A DNA stretch of 64,000 nucleotides, taken from the NCBI GenBank assembly GCA_040752415.1, contig JBFMGU010000013.1, positions 1 through 64,000 on the forward strand. The letters are read 5' to 3'. Positions within the stretch are counted from its first letter, which is position 1. Every line of letters starts with the position of its first letter. Both the position numbers and the translations under genes were made by a program. Below, piece after piece: positions 30,719-39,685 of this stretch. The notes below the pieces were generated by a model that was not told where the DNA came from, did not search any database, and saw only the letters and a list, made by a program, of their open reading frames with translations. The stretch is from Myxococcota bacterium (GTDB taxonomy: Bacteria > Myxococcota > JACRCW01).

Positions 30719-31690
30719 ATGGCGACGAAAAGGAAGAAGAAGACGGCGGGCGCTTCCGTGGGGCTCGGCGCGCGGGAGCTGGCGCAGGGACAACCCACCA
30801 AGGACGTGCAGGCGCTGGCCGAGCAGGTGCAGGCGGATGGCGGCGTGGTGTTGACGTCGTACCGCGAGCCGTACGGCGGGCACTGGGTGATGTTGGTGCT
30901 GCTGCCCATAGACATGGTGCAGCCCACGCCCTACCAGCGCGAGCTCTCCAAGACGCACGCGGACCGGTTGACGTCGGTGATTCCCAAGGTGGGGCGCTTC
31001 CTGGACCCGGTGGTGGCCATCCGCCACGACGACATCTACTGGACGCCCAACGGCATGCACCGCCTGGCCGCGCTCAACGCGCTGGGGGCGAAAGCGGTGG
31101 TGGCACTGCTCATGCCCGAGAAGGAGCTGGCCTACCGCATCCTGGCGCTCAACACCGAGAAGGCGCACAACCTCAAGGACAAGGCACTGGAGGTGGTGCG
31201 CATGGCGCGCGGGCTGGCGGCGTCACCGGAGAGCGCCAAGCGTCCGGAGAGCGACTGGGCCTTCGAGTTCGAGGAGCCGGCCTACCTCACGCTGGGTCTC
31301 TGCTACGAGCTGCAGAAGCGCTTCGCCGGCGCGGTGTACCTCCCGGTGGTGAAGCGGTGCGAGGAGTTCTCCAGCCAGCCGCTCATCAAGTCGGTGGTGG
31401 CGCGCGCGGAGCGGGCCAAGCTCTTGCTGGAGCTGGATGACGTCGTCAATGACGTGGTGAAGCAGCTCAAGGACAAGGGCTTCAAGAGCGCGTACCTCAA
31501 GCCCTACGTGGTGGCGCGCATCAACCCGCTGCGCTTCGTCCGCGCGGCCAAGCCCGGTCAGAAGGCGCCGCGCGCGGACTTCGACGCCACGCTGGAGAAG
31601 ATGCTGAGCAGCGCGAAGAAGTTCGACGTGGGCAAGGTGAAGCAGCAGGACATTGCCATGGTGGGCGCCTACGCACCGGCGGAGGAGTGA
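30719..31690 (+). CDS. ParB/Srx-like N-terminal domain protein (no adjacent parA)
   Basis: PTPYQRELS, FLDPVVA, TPNGMHRLAAL, LALNTEK. Confidence 0.78.
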   Translation: MATKRKKKTAGASVGLGARELAQGQPTKDVQALAEQVQADGGVVLTSYREPYGGHWVMLVLLPIDMVQPTPYQRELSKTHADRLTSVIPKVGRFLDPVVAIRHDDIYWTPNGMHRLAALNALGAKAVVALLMPEKELAYRILALNTEKAHNLKDKALEVVRMARGLAASPESAKRPESDWAFEFEEPAYLTLGLCYELQKRFAGAVYLPVVKRCEEFSSQPLIKSVVARAERAKLLLELDDVVNDVVKQLKDKGFKSAYLKPYVVARINPLRFVRAAKPGQKAPRADFDATLEKMLSSAKKFDVGKVKQQDIAMVGAYAPAEE

Positions 31691-31805
31691 GGGCTGCCCC
31701 GGGGGCGCCGAAGCGTCGGTTGTCGTCGGGCGAACGGGGGAGGGCGAGGGGTTCTGCCGAGCCGGAGCCTTCCGGATCCTCCAGCAGCCGCGCCGCGCTC
31801 AACGA

Positions 31806-33515
31806 TCAACGAACCCCGAAATACACCTCCCAGTGTGGCGCTCCCGGCCCTCCAAGCACCGCGAACTCCCCGTCGGCGTACAGCGCGGTGACGACGAGAT
31901 CCAGGAGCCCGTCGCCGTTGAGGTCCACGGTGGTCCAATCCTCGTCTCCCGGGTCGCTGGTCATGCCTGACAGGCGCACAAAGCCCTGCCCATTCCAGCC
32001 CCCGGCGGGGACGGGCCACGTGGTGGCAGTGGTGGCGAAGCCCGACTCAGTCCCCAGATGGACCTTCCAGTGCGGAGCGCTTCCGTGGCCCAGAACAGCG
32101 AATGCACCGTCCTGGTAGACCGCCGTGACAACGAGGTCCAAGACGCCGTCGCGGTTGAGGTCCACCGTCGTCCAATCCTCGTCTCCCGGGTCGTAGGCCT
32201 GGCCCGCGAGCCGGACGAATCCCTCCTGGCTCCAGCCTCCTGCGGGAACGGGCCAGGTGGTGGCGCCGGCGGCGAAGCCCGTGCCGGTCCCCAGGTACAC
32301 CTTCCAGTGCGGTGAGATTCCCTGTCCCAGCACTGCGAACTCTCCGTCGGCGAACCGCGCGGTGACGACGAGATCCAGGAGCCCGTCGCCGTTGAGGTCC
32401 ACGGTGGTCCAATCCTCGTCTCCCGGGTCGCTGGTCATGCCTGACGGGCGCACAAAGCCCTGCCCATTCCAGCCCCCGGCGGGGACGGGCCACGTGGTGG
32501 CAGTGGTGGTGAAGCCCGACTCAGTCCCCAGATAGACCTTCCAGTGCGGAGCGCTTCCGTGGCCCAGAACAGCGAATGCACCGTCCTGGTAGACCGCCGT
32601 GACAACGAGGTCCAAGACGCCGTCGCCGTTGAGGTCCACCGTCGTCCAATCCTCGTCTCCCGGGTCGTAGGCCTGGCCCGCGAGCCGGACGAATCCCTCC
32701 TGGCTCCAGCCTCCTGCGGGAACGGGCCAGGTGGTGGCGCCGGTGGCGAAGCCCGTGCCGGTCCCCAGGTACACCTTCCAGTGCGGTGAGATTCCCTGTC
32801 CCAGCACTGCGAACTCTCCGTCGGCGTACCGCGCGGTGACGACGAGATCCAGGAGCCCGTCGCCGTTGAGGTCCACGGTGGTCCAATCCTCGTCTCCCGG
32901 GTCGCTGGTCATGCCTGACAGGCGCACAAAGCCCTGCCCATTCCAGCCGCCCGCGGGGACGGGCCACGTGGTGGCATTGGTGGTGAAGCCCGACTCAGTC
33001 CCCAGATGGACCTTCCAGTGCGGAGCGCTTCCGTGGCCCAGAACAGCGAATGCACCGTCCTGGTAGACCGCCGTGACAACGAGATCCAGGACACCGTCGC
33101 CACTGAGGTCCACCGTCGTCCAATCCTCGTCTCCCGGGTCGTAGGCCTGGCCCGAGAGCCGGACGAATCCCTCCTGGCTCCAGCCCCCCATGGGCACGCC
33201 CCAGGACTCCGCGACCGCTGCGAATCCGGTTGCGCCACCCGAGGTGGAGGATTGACCCGAGCTGGAAACCGCAGCCGAGCTTGACGACGTGGCAGTTGTC
33301 GTGGAGGACGCGCTGCTCGCCGTGGAACTGGATGCCGCGCTGGACGTGCCGCTGGCTGACCCTCCCGTGGAAGTGGAAGCTCCGCTGGATGACGACGACG
33401 TTGCCGACGTGGAGCTGGACTGCCCCTGGGATGCCTCTGAAGCTCCGCCGCCGGACGTACATCCCGCCGCCACGAGAAGCGCCAACGTCGCGCGTGGGAA
33501 GTGTTGAGTCATCAT
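31806..33515 (-). CDS. Lipoprotein with six 79-aa FG-GAP/VCBS-like repeats (ABABAB)
   Basis: Lipobox-like LVAAGC; Ser/Thr linker; six units each with WTTVDL(N/S)(G/R)DG(V/L)LDLVV. Confidence 0.85.
   Translation of the reverse strand: MMTQHFPRATLALLVAAGCTSGGGASEASQGQSSSTSATSSSSSGASTSTGGSASGTSSAASSSTASSASSTTTATSSSSAAVSSSGQSSTSGGATGFAAVAESWGVPMGGWSQEGFVRLSGQAYDPGDEDWTTVDLSGDGVLDLVVTAVYQDGAFAVLGHGSAPHWKVHLGTESGFTTNATTWPVPAGGWNGQGFVRLSGMTSDPGDEDWTTVDLNGDGLLDLVVTARYADGEFAVLGQGISPHWKVYLGTGTGFATGATTWPVPAGGWSQEGFVRLAGQAYDPGDEDWTTVDLNGDGVLDLVVTAVYQDGAFAVLGHGSAPHWKVYLGTESGFTTTATTWPVPAGGWNGQGFVRPSGMTSDPGDEDWTTVDLNGDGLLDLVVTARFADGEFAVLGQGISPHWKVYLGTGTGFAAGATTWPVPAGGWSQEGFVRLAGQAYDPGDEDWTTVDLNRDGVLDLVVTAVYQDGAFAVLGHGSAPHWKVHLGTESGFATTATTWPVPAGGWNGQGFVRLSGMTSDPGDEDWTTVDLNGDGLLDLVVTALYADGEFAVLGGPGAPHWEVYFGVR
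31815..33200. repeat. Intragenic near-identical tandem repeat, 474-nt period (~3 copies)
   Basis: Sequence recurs every 474 nt, e.g. shadow-ORF ends at 32047, 32521, 32995. Confidence 0.92.
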
Positions 33516-33624
33516 GTCGTTGTCACTCCAGTGCCGCAGGTTCCCATGACGATGACGCCTTCGCGGAACGGCCGATGACCAAGCGCCGACGATACCGCGA
33601 TGACCGCGATAAGAGCACGCACCG

Positions 33625-33734
33625 CGGGCCAACGTGACCATGCCGCTGGGCGACCAGTTCTGGGCTGCTTTGGCATGCTCGCCGACCGCCACGGCATCCC
33701 GTGGATGCTGAACCACCACGCGTCGAGGAAGTAG
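33625..33734 (+). pseudogene. Frameshifted 3' remnant of a PhnB/VOC-family gene
   Basis: ANVTMPLGDQFW, frameshift at ~33664, then CFGMLADRHGIPWMLNHHASRK*; resembles the PhnB-type tail VTMPLxxxFWGxxFGMxxDxFGxxWMxN; no 5' part visible. Confidence 0.68.
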
Positions 33735-33826
33735 GCTTGTTTAGGAGCGGTGTCGGAGCAGCCCACGGGGAACGGTGTCGAGGGTTGAGGAGGAGCCGGC
33801 GTTGTCGTTGTGGTCACGGCGGCGAA

Positions 33827-33957
33827 GAGCCCTCCGTGCCCGTGCCCGTGCCCGTGCCCGGCTTGCAGGAGGCCGCTGCACAAAGGTTTGTCGTCGAGGA
33901 ACCCCTTCGGTCGATGGTGCCCTCAAACCGGGCACGGGCAGGGGCAGGACGGGGCTC
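33827..33957. repeat. (CCGTGC)4 hexamer tract with an imperfect inverted partner, forming a long hairpin just after the MFS gene
   Basis: 33827-33861 pairs imperfectly with ccgggcacgggcaggggcaggacggggctc at 33928-33957. Confidence 0.6.
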
Positions 33958-35470
33958 ACGTGCGTCGCCACGCCAGGCGCGGCCCCACGTCCTTGATCAC
34001 CGCGTCCAGACACCGGCGCAGCCCCGGCATCACCTCCCGCTCCTGCTGGATGGCGCGCACACTGAGGAACGCCGCCCCCAACCGCGCCGACGACGAGAGC
34101 AGGAACAGCACGTGGATGTTGAAGACGTGCACGCCCTGCACGGTGAAGGAGGTGGGCAACGCCTCGGCAATGACGCCGCCCAAGGCGGAGGCCAGCCCGT
34201 AGGCAATCCCGCCCGCCGTCGAGAAGCTGGCAAGGTAGAACGCCCGCCCCTCGCGCGGCGCCACCTCCAGCGGCAATTGGAACGCCGCCAGGCCGTGCCC
34301 GCTCCACAACGTCCCGACGAGCAGCGCGTCCAGCACCACCGGCCAGAGCATCTCCTCCGTCGGAAAGAGCCACATGAGCGGCACCAGGCAGATGCCAAAG
34401 GAGCAGAACACCAGCACGGTGCGCGGCCCCACCTGGTCCAACACGCGCCCCCAGACCCTCGTCGAGAGCACCCGCACCGCCGCCACCGCGGTGGCGTGCG
34501 CGGACATCATGGCAAAGCCCATCTTCAGGTTCATGAGCATGTGCATGGCCGCAAAGCTCCCGCACAGTCCCACCGCGCCGTTCCACGCCACCTGGTAGGT
34601 GAGGAATGCCCGCGCGCGTGAATCCGAAAGCGGACGAAGCGCCATGCGCCAGTGCACGCTCTCCCGCGCGCCGCCGGGGGCGGGCTCATGCTGTCGCGCC
34701 ATCAGCGCAATGCTGCACAACCCCGCCAGCTGTCCCACCACGCCCAGCCCCAACAGCGCGTGCGTGGCCACGCCGTGAGCCTTGGCGGTGTCCATCAGCA
34801 GTCCCGCCAGCAGCCCCGCCGACGTGCCCGCCACCGTGCACCACGCCGCGCGCTGCGCGAAGTAGCGCCCGCGCATCCGACGGGGAACCAGGTCCCCCAT
34901 CCACGCCACCCAGGAATTGTTCCCCGTCACCCCCAGCACCGACGAGATGGCCACGCTGAAGAGCAGCACGGTCTGCTTCACGCTCATGGGCGCGGAGAGG
35001 AACGGCAGGAACAACACCGGCAGGAGCACCAGGCGCTGCAGGCACACCGCGGTGAGCGCCACACGTCGTCGTCCCAGGGTGGTGGAGACCCACGCCGCGG
35101 GCAGCTGGATGAACTGCGAAAGATACGGAATGGCGCCCAGGATGCCGAACAGGAAGGCGTTGCACTCCATCTCCAACGCCCACCCCGTCATGGCCGCGCC
35201 GTTGCAGCACGCAGTCACCACCTCCGCCGCCATCCCCTCCACGCTGGAGGTGGAGAGGGAGCGACGCAGCACGCCACGCACGTCACGCGAGGAGGGCTGG
35301 GTCTCGTCGACGGGACCGCTGAGGAAGGGCGCCGCCGCGCCGGGCACCGCGTTGCCGGGCCGCGCGGTGGGCAGGGCCCAGTGCGCCGAGGTGAGCTCCG
35401 CTTCGGGAGCGGGAGGTGGGGGATCCGGTTTTCGGGGTGGCGGAGGAATCAGCTTGATGAAGGCGACCAT
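33956..35470 (-). CDS. MFS transporter
   Basis: ~12 hydrophobic segments; WMGDLVPRRMRGRYFA, WGRVLDQVGPR; Pro-rich N-terminal extension; start approximate. Confidence 0.88.
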   Translation of the reverse strand: MVAFIKLIPPPPRKPDPPPPAPEAELTSAHWALPTARPGNAVPGAAAPFLSGPVDETQPSSRDVRGVLRRSLSTSSVEGMAAEVVTACCNGAAMTGWALEMECNAFLFGILGAIPYLSQFIQLPAAWVSTTLGRRRVALTAVCLQRLVLLPVLFLPFLSAPMSVKQTVLLFSVAISSVLGVTGNNSWVAWMGDLVPRRMRGRYFAQRAAWCTVAGTSAGLLAGLLMDTAKAHGVATHALLGLGVVGQLAGLCSIALMARQHEPAPGGARESVHWRMALRPLSDSRARAFLTYQVAWNGAVGLCGSFAAMHMLMNLKMGFAMMSAHATAVAAVRVLSTRVWGRVLDQVGPRTVLVFCSFGICLVPLMWLFPTEEMLWPVVLDALLVGTLWSGHGLAAFQLPLEVAPREGRAFYLASFSTAGGIAYGLASALGGVIAEALPTSFTVQGVHVFNIHVLFLLSSSARLGAAFLSVRAIQQEREVMPGLRRCLDAVIKDVGPRLAWRRT

Positions 35471-35671
35471 GCGACCTGCGCTGCAACGTTGGTGCGCGCG
35501 CGAGAATACTGGAGTTGGATCCACACGCGAGGAAAATCACCCGCGGTGACGACGTCACCACGCTCACGTCCGCGGCCACGGCGACCAATTTCAGGAGATG
35601 CTCGCGCCGCTGGACTACACTCATCCGCCACCCGCCCGTGAGCGGATGTGGGGGGATGGAAGTGGACGGAC

Positions 35672-36622
35672 ATGACGCAGCAAACCATTCCCGTGGTGAA
35701 CCTGGAGGACTTCAAGAACGGCAACAACGCGCAGCGGCAGGGTTTTGCGCGCGCGGTGGGTGAAGCGCTGGAGGATACCGGCTTCTTCGCGGTGACCCAC
35801 CACGGCGTGGACCCCGAGCTCATCCGACGCGCGTACCAGCAGGCGGAGGCGTTCTTCGCCCTCCCCGACGAGAAGAAGCTCCACTACGAGGACGTGAAGC
35901 TCAAGGGACAGCGCGGCTACACCAGCTTTGGTCGGGAGCACGCCAAGGACCATCCCGCGCCGGACCTCAAGGAGTTCTGGCACGTGGGCCAGGAGCTCCC
36001 GCCCGGGCACCGCCTGCTTCCCGTCTACGGTCCCAACCTCTGGCCCGCCGAGCTTCCGGAGTTCCAACCCGTCATGCTCAAGCTCTTCGCGCAGCTGGAG
36101 GCAAGCGCCAAGCAGCTGTTGCGCGCGTGCGCCCTGCACCTGGGGGAGTCGGAGCAGTCCTTCAGCGAGATGGTCGACGACGGGGACACCATCCTGCGCG
36201 TGATCCACTACCCGCCCATCCCCCCGGGCGTTCACCCCGCCGCGGTGCGCGCCGCCGCACATGAGGACATCAACCTCATCACGCTGCTCTGCGAGTCCAC
36301 CGCGGAAGGCCTGGAGTTGCTCCAGCGCGACGGGCGGTGGCGCCCCATCCACGCGTTGCAGGGGCAGATCGTCGTCGACGCGGGCGACATGATGCAGCAC
36401 CTCACCAACGGCGTGTTCAAGAGCACCACCCACCGCGTCACCAATCCCAGCAACGACCGGGAGCGCCGCTTCTCCATGCCCTTCTTCGTCCATCCGCGCG
36501 CGGAGGTGGACATCACGCCGCGGCCCGGCTGCGTGGCGCGTACCGGCGGCACGGCGAAATATCCGCGAAGGACCGCGCGGCAGTACCTCGAGGAGCGCCT
36601 GCGGGAGATCGGCCTGGCTTGA
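35672..36622 (+). CDS. 2OG-Fe(II) oxygenase, isopenicillin N synthase-like family
   Basis: IPVVNL, GFFAVTHHGV, RGYT, DLKEFW, AAAHEDINLIT (HxD), STTHRV, RFSMPFF. Confidence 0.92.
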   Translation: MTQQTIPVVNLEDFKNGNNAQRQGFARAVGEALEDTGFFAVTHHGVDPELIRRAYQQAEAFFALPDEKKLHYEDVKLKGQRGYTSFGREHAKDHPAPDLKEFWHVGQELPPGHRLLPVYGPNLWPAELPEFQPVMLKLFAQLEASAKQLLRACALHLGESEQSFSEMVDDGDTILRVIHYPPIPPGVHPAAVRAAAHEDINLITLLCESTAEGLELLQRDGRWRPIHALQGQIVVDAGDMMQHLTNGVFKSTTHRVTNPSNDRERRFSMPFFVHPRAEVDITPRPGCVARTGGTAKYPRRTARQYLEERLREIGLA

Positions 36623-36654
36623 GGGGAAAGGCGCGGCGCGTTAAGCCTTGACGC

Positions 36655-37158
36655 ATGCGCAGGTTGCTCCCGGTGGTGCCATTGATGCTCGGTGGGATGC
36701 TGGCCCACGCCGCCGTCACGGGGTTTGAGCAGGTGGTCCACGCCTCCACGCTGATTGCGCGGGGCCACGTGGAGCGCGTGGGCGCCGGTGAAGGCGGGTG
36801 GGGCCAGAAGGGCGTGGTCACCATCAAGGAGGTCATCCACGGCCCGCAGGTGCAACAGCTGGACGCGCTGGCCCAGGACAACAGCTTCTCCGGCGTGGAG
36901 GTGGACCTGCTGCCCGGCAATGACCAGCTCCTGTTCCTGCGCCAGGAGAAGCTGGGCAACCGCGACGTGTGGGTGGTGCTGGAGGCGTTTGTCGTCGACG
37001 CCGGCGGCACGGTGCGCCTGGGCAGCGGGTCGACGACGTGGTGGGTGATGAAGCCCAAGAGCTACGCCGACGCGGTGGCGGGCATCCGCGCGGAACTGGC
37101 CCGGCCCGTGCCCGCGCCCCCGCCCCGGGATGCCACCAAGCGCGCGCCCCCGCCGTGA
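36655..37158 (+). CDS. Hypothetical secreted protein
   Basis: Signal-peptide-like N-terminus; GC3-biased frame; co-oriented with neighbours. Confidence 0.65.
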   Translation: MRRLLPVVPLMLGGMLAHAAVTGFEQVVHASTLIARGHVERVGAGEGGWGQKGVVTIKEVIHGPQVQQLDALAQDNSFSGVEVDLLPGNDQLLFLRQEKLGNRDVWVVLEAFVVDAGGTVRLGSGSTTWWVMKPKSYADAVAGIRAELARPVPAPPPRDATKRAPPP

Positions 37159-37230
37159 CGCGCGACGCCATCCGTCAATCCAAGCATTGATTTCCCCCGG
37201 GATTCTCCCTATTGCCGCGACGTTCCCACC

Positions 37231-38502
37231 GTGAGGGTCGTCGTGAAGAAGCTGTCCCGCGTCGTCGTTGTTGTCTCCGCCGTCCTGACCGCCGCGTGCG
37301 GCAATCCCTCCACCCGCGTGGCCGCTGGCACCCCCGGCACCCACCAGCAGGCCATCATCAACGGCGAGCCGTGCGGGCGGGATGACTTCCCCAGCGCGGT
37401 GGCCCTGCTCACCGACGCCACCGTCGACCTGGGCGGCTTTGGCACGCAGCGCATCAAGACCGTGATGTGCACCGGCACGCTGATTGCCCCCGACGTGGTG
37501 TTGACCGCGGCGCACTGCCTGGATGCCTCGCTGCTGACGCTGGGCTTTGGCACGGTGCAGGAGCAGAAGATGTACGTGAGCGCGGAGCCCGACCTCACCG
37601 CGCTGGCGCAGCAGAGCACCGAGGAGTTCCCCGACGACGCCGTGGAAGCGCACAGCTGGGCGCACCACCCGGAGTTCGACCCCGACGCGTTCAACAGCGT
37701 CAACGGCCCGGGCAACTTCCACGACGTGGGCCTGCTGTTCCTGAGCCGTCCCTTCCCGCGCACGCCCGCGTACGTCATCACCGCCACGGAGTCGGCGGAG
37801 CTGGCGGAGGGGAAGGACCTGGACATCGTGGGTTGGGGACAGCAGACGGTGACCAACGGCCCGCTGGACCCGCCGCCGCCGGGCACGGTGGGACGGAAGG
37901 TGTGCGCGCAGAGCTTCCTCAATGAGCTGGGCACGCACGAGATGCAGGTGGGCGGTGACAACACCACGCAGCGCAAGTGCCACGGCGACAGCGGCGGCCC
38001 CAGCTACCTGCGCGTCACCGCCGACGGGGACAACCTGCGCCTGGTGGGCATCACCTCGCACGCGTATGACCAGGAGGACTGCAACAAGGGGGGCGTGGAC
38101 ACGCGCGCGGACGTGTGGCGCGACTGGATCGAGCAGGAGATGATGGGACGGTGCGGCGCCGCCGACGGGGGTCGCGTCTGGTGTGACGTCACCGGCATCC
38201 CCGAGCCGGGCTACGTGTTCCCGGTCTACGACGGTGGCTACGGTCCCGACGAGGAGGACGCGGGCACCACCCCGGAGAACGACGCGGGCACCAGCCCCGG
38301 GGCGGACGCGGGCAGCACCGGCGAGGTCGACGCGGGCACCACCGCGCCCCCCGGGAACAACGACGACACCGGCTCGGCGGGAGACAGCGCGCAGCCGTTT
38401 GCGATGCAGTGCGCGCACCACGGTCCTTCGGGCGGGGGGCCCGGCGTGGCGGGCGCGCTGGCGCTGTTGGCGTGGGTGGCGCGTCTCCGACGGAGGAAGT
38501 GA
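37231..38502 (+). CDS. Trypsin-like (S1) serine protease with lipoprotein-like N-terminus and MYXO-CTERM-like tail
   Basis: CTGTLI, LTAAHC, HDVGLL, CHGDSGGP; DAG-rich linker; QC...LALLAWVARLRRRK. Confidence 0.92.
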   Translation: MRVVVKKLSRVVVVVSAVLTAACGNPSTRVAAGTPGTHQQAIINGEPCGRDDFPSAVALLTDATVDLGGFGTQRIKTVMCTGTLIAPDVVLTAAHCLDASLLTLGFGTVQEQKMYVSAEPDLTALAQQSTEEFPDDAVEAHSWAHHPEFDPDAFNSVNGPGNFHDVGLLFLSRPFPRTPAYVITATESAELAEGKDLDIVGWGQQTVTNGPLDPPPPGTVGRKVCAQSFLNELGTHEMQVGGDNTTQRKCHGDSGGPSYLRVTADGDNLRLVGITSHAYDQEDCNKGGVDTRADVWRDWIEQEMMGRCGAADGGRVWCDVTGIPEPGYVFPVYDGGYGPDEEDAGTTPENDAGTSPGADAGSTGEVDAGTTAPPGNNDDTGSAGDSAQPFAMQCAHHGPSGGGPGVAGALALLAWVARLRRRK

Positions 38503-39086
38503 TGGGAATGTTCTCCCCGACGCTGGAACGCGCGCTCGCGGTGGCGGCGCGGGCCCATGACGGACAGAAGCGGTCGGGGACGGAGGTGCCCTACTTCGCC
38601 CACCCGGTGCACGTGGCCATGCTGCTCATCAAGAGCGGAGCGCCGGAGCCGCTGGTGCTGGCGGGGGTGCTCCACGACGTGGTGGAGGACACCGAGGTCA
38701 CGTTGCAGGAGCTCCGCGCGCAGTTTGGCGACGAGGTGGCGGACCTGGTGGCCGAGGTGACGCAGCCCGCGCCGGGCGTGGCCACGGGCAGCTGGCGGGA
38801 GGTGCGGCAGAACGCGATTGCCCACCTGGAGCGCGCGCCCCAGCGCGTGGCGTGGCTCAAGAGTGCGGACACGCTGCACAACGTCAGCGCGCTGCTCATG
38901 GACGTGGAGACGCGGGGCCACGACGCGCTGACACGTTTCAAGCGCGCTCCGTCGGAACAGCTCTGGTACTACGGGGAGGTGGCGCGCGTGTGCCGGGAGC
39001 GGCTGGGCGCCGAGCACTCGCTGGCGGCGGAGTTGTGGGACACCATGGCGCGCCTGCGTGAACGGGTGGGCGCGCTGGGCCCCTGA
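38502..39086 (+). CDS. HD-domain small alarmone hydrolase-like (Mesh1/SpoT-HD type) protein
   Basis: AHDGQKR, PYFAHP, LHDVVEDT, FGDEVADLVAEVT, KSADTLHN; ATG overlaps the protease stop (TGATG). Confidence 0.85.
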   Translation: MGMFSPTLERALAVAARAHDGQKRSGTEVPYFAHPVHVAMLLIKSGAPEPLVLAGVLHDVVEDTEVTLQELRAQFGDEVADLVAEVTQPAPGVATGSWREVRQNAIAHLERAPQRVAWLKSADTLHNVSALLMDVETRGHDALTRFKRAPSEQLWYYGEVARVCRERLGAEHSLAAELWDTMARLRERVGALGP

Positions 39087-39124
39087 CCGGGCATGGTGTG
39101 TTGGGTTGCACTTCCCATCGAGAA

Positions 39125-39649
39125 TCAGAACGGACCGCAGCGCGGGTCCAGTGTCTGCGTCAGCTTGAGCTGCTCACCGGTCACCGGCAGCGGGTCACAG
39201 CCGTGCCCGTCGCGACAGTTGAAGTCGAAGCGGCGCGCGCCCGCGTGGCACTCCAGGCAGGAGCCAAGGTCGTTCTTCACCTCGGCCTTGCCACGGGAGG
39301 TGATGGTCGCGCCTGACGGCGAGAGCCGCAGGTTGAAGTACTCCCAGTTGTTGTTGGTGGGATCAAAGTCCTTGCCGCGTTTCACCATGGCCTCGGTGGC
39401 GTTGAGCGAGATCATGGTGCCCAGCGGGTACTGCGCGTCCTCCTGGGGATTGCGCGCCAGGTCCACCGCAACGTCCTCCTGACCGCAGCGGTTGGTGATG
39501 CGGAGGTTCCCCACCTGGACCCAGTCACGGGAGCAGGTGAAGTCCGCCTCGGTGGCAACAAAGTCCCCGTTGCACGGCCCGTCCTGGGGCGCGTCCGGAG
39601 TGCAGGCGAGAGACAGGCTCAACAGCAGGGAGGATGCAGGCAGGCGCAT
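39125..39649 (-). CDS. Lipoprotein with single CxxCH, cytochrome P460-like
   Basis: Lipobox SLAC; YPLGTMI, AMVKR, WEYF, CLECH near the C-terminus. Confidence 0.65.
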   Translation of the reverse strand: MRLPASSLLLSLSLACTPDAPQDGPCNGDFVATEADFTCSRDWVQVGNLRITNRCGQEDVAVDLARNPQEDAQYPLGTMISLNATEAMVKRGKDFDPTNNNWEYFNLRLSPSGATITSRGKAEVKNDLGSCLECHAGARRFDFNCRDGHGCDPLPVTGEQLKLTQTLDPRCGPF

Positions 39650-39685
39650 GGGCGCAGGTTGGCTGACCCTCCGCGCCCTTGTCCA

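Noticed and set aside
30719..31690. Plasmid or prophage partition locus
   Set aside because: No parA, rep, integrase or phage genes; surroundings are chromosomal
33956..36622. IPNS-like oxygenase plus MFS as a beta-lactam or other biosynthetic cluster
   Set aside because: No NRPS, PKS or tailoring genes; this oxygenase family is widespread as a stand-alone gene
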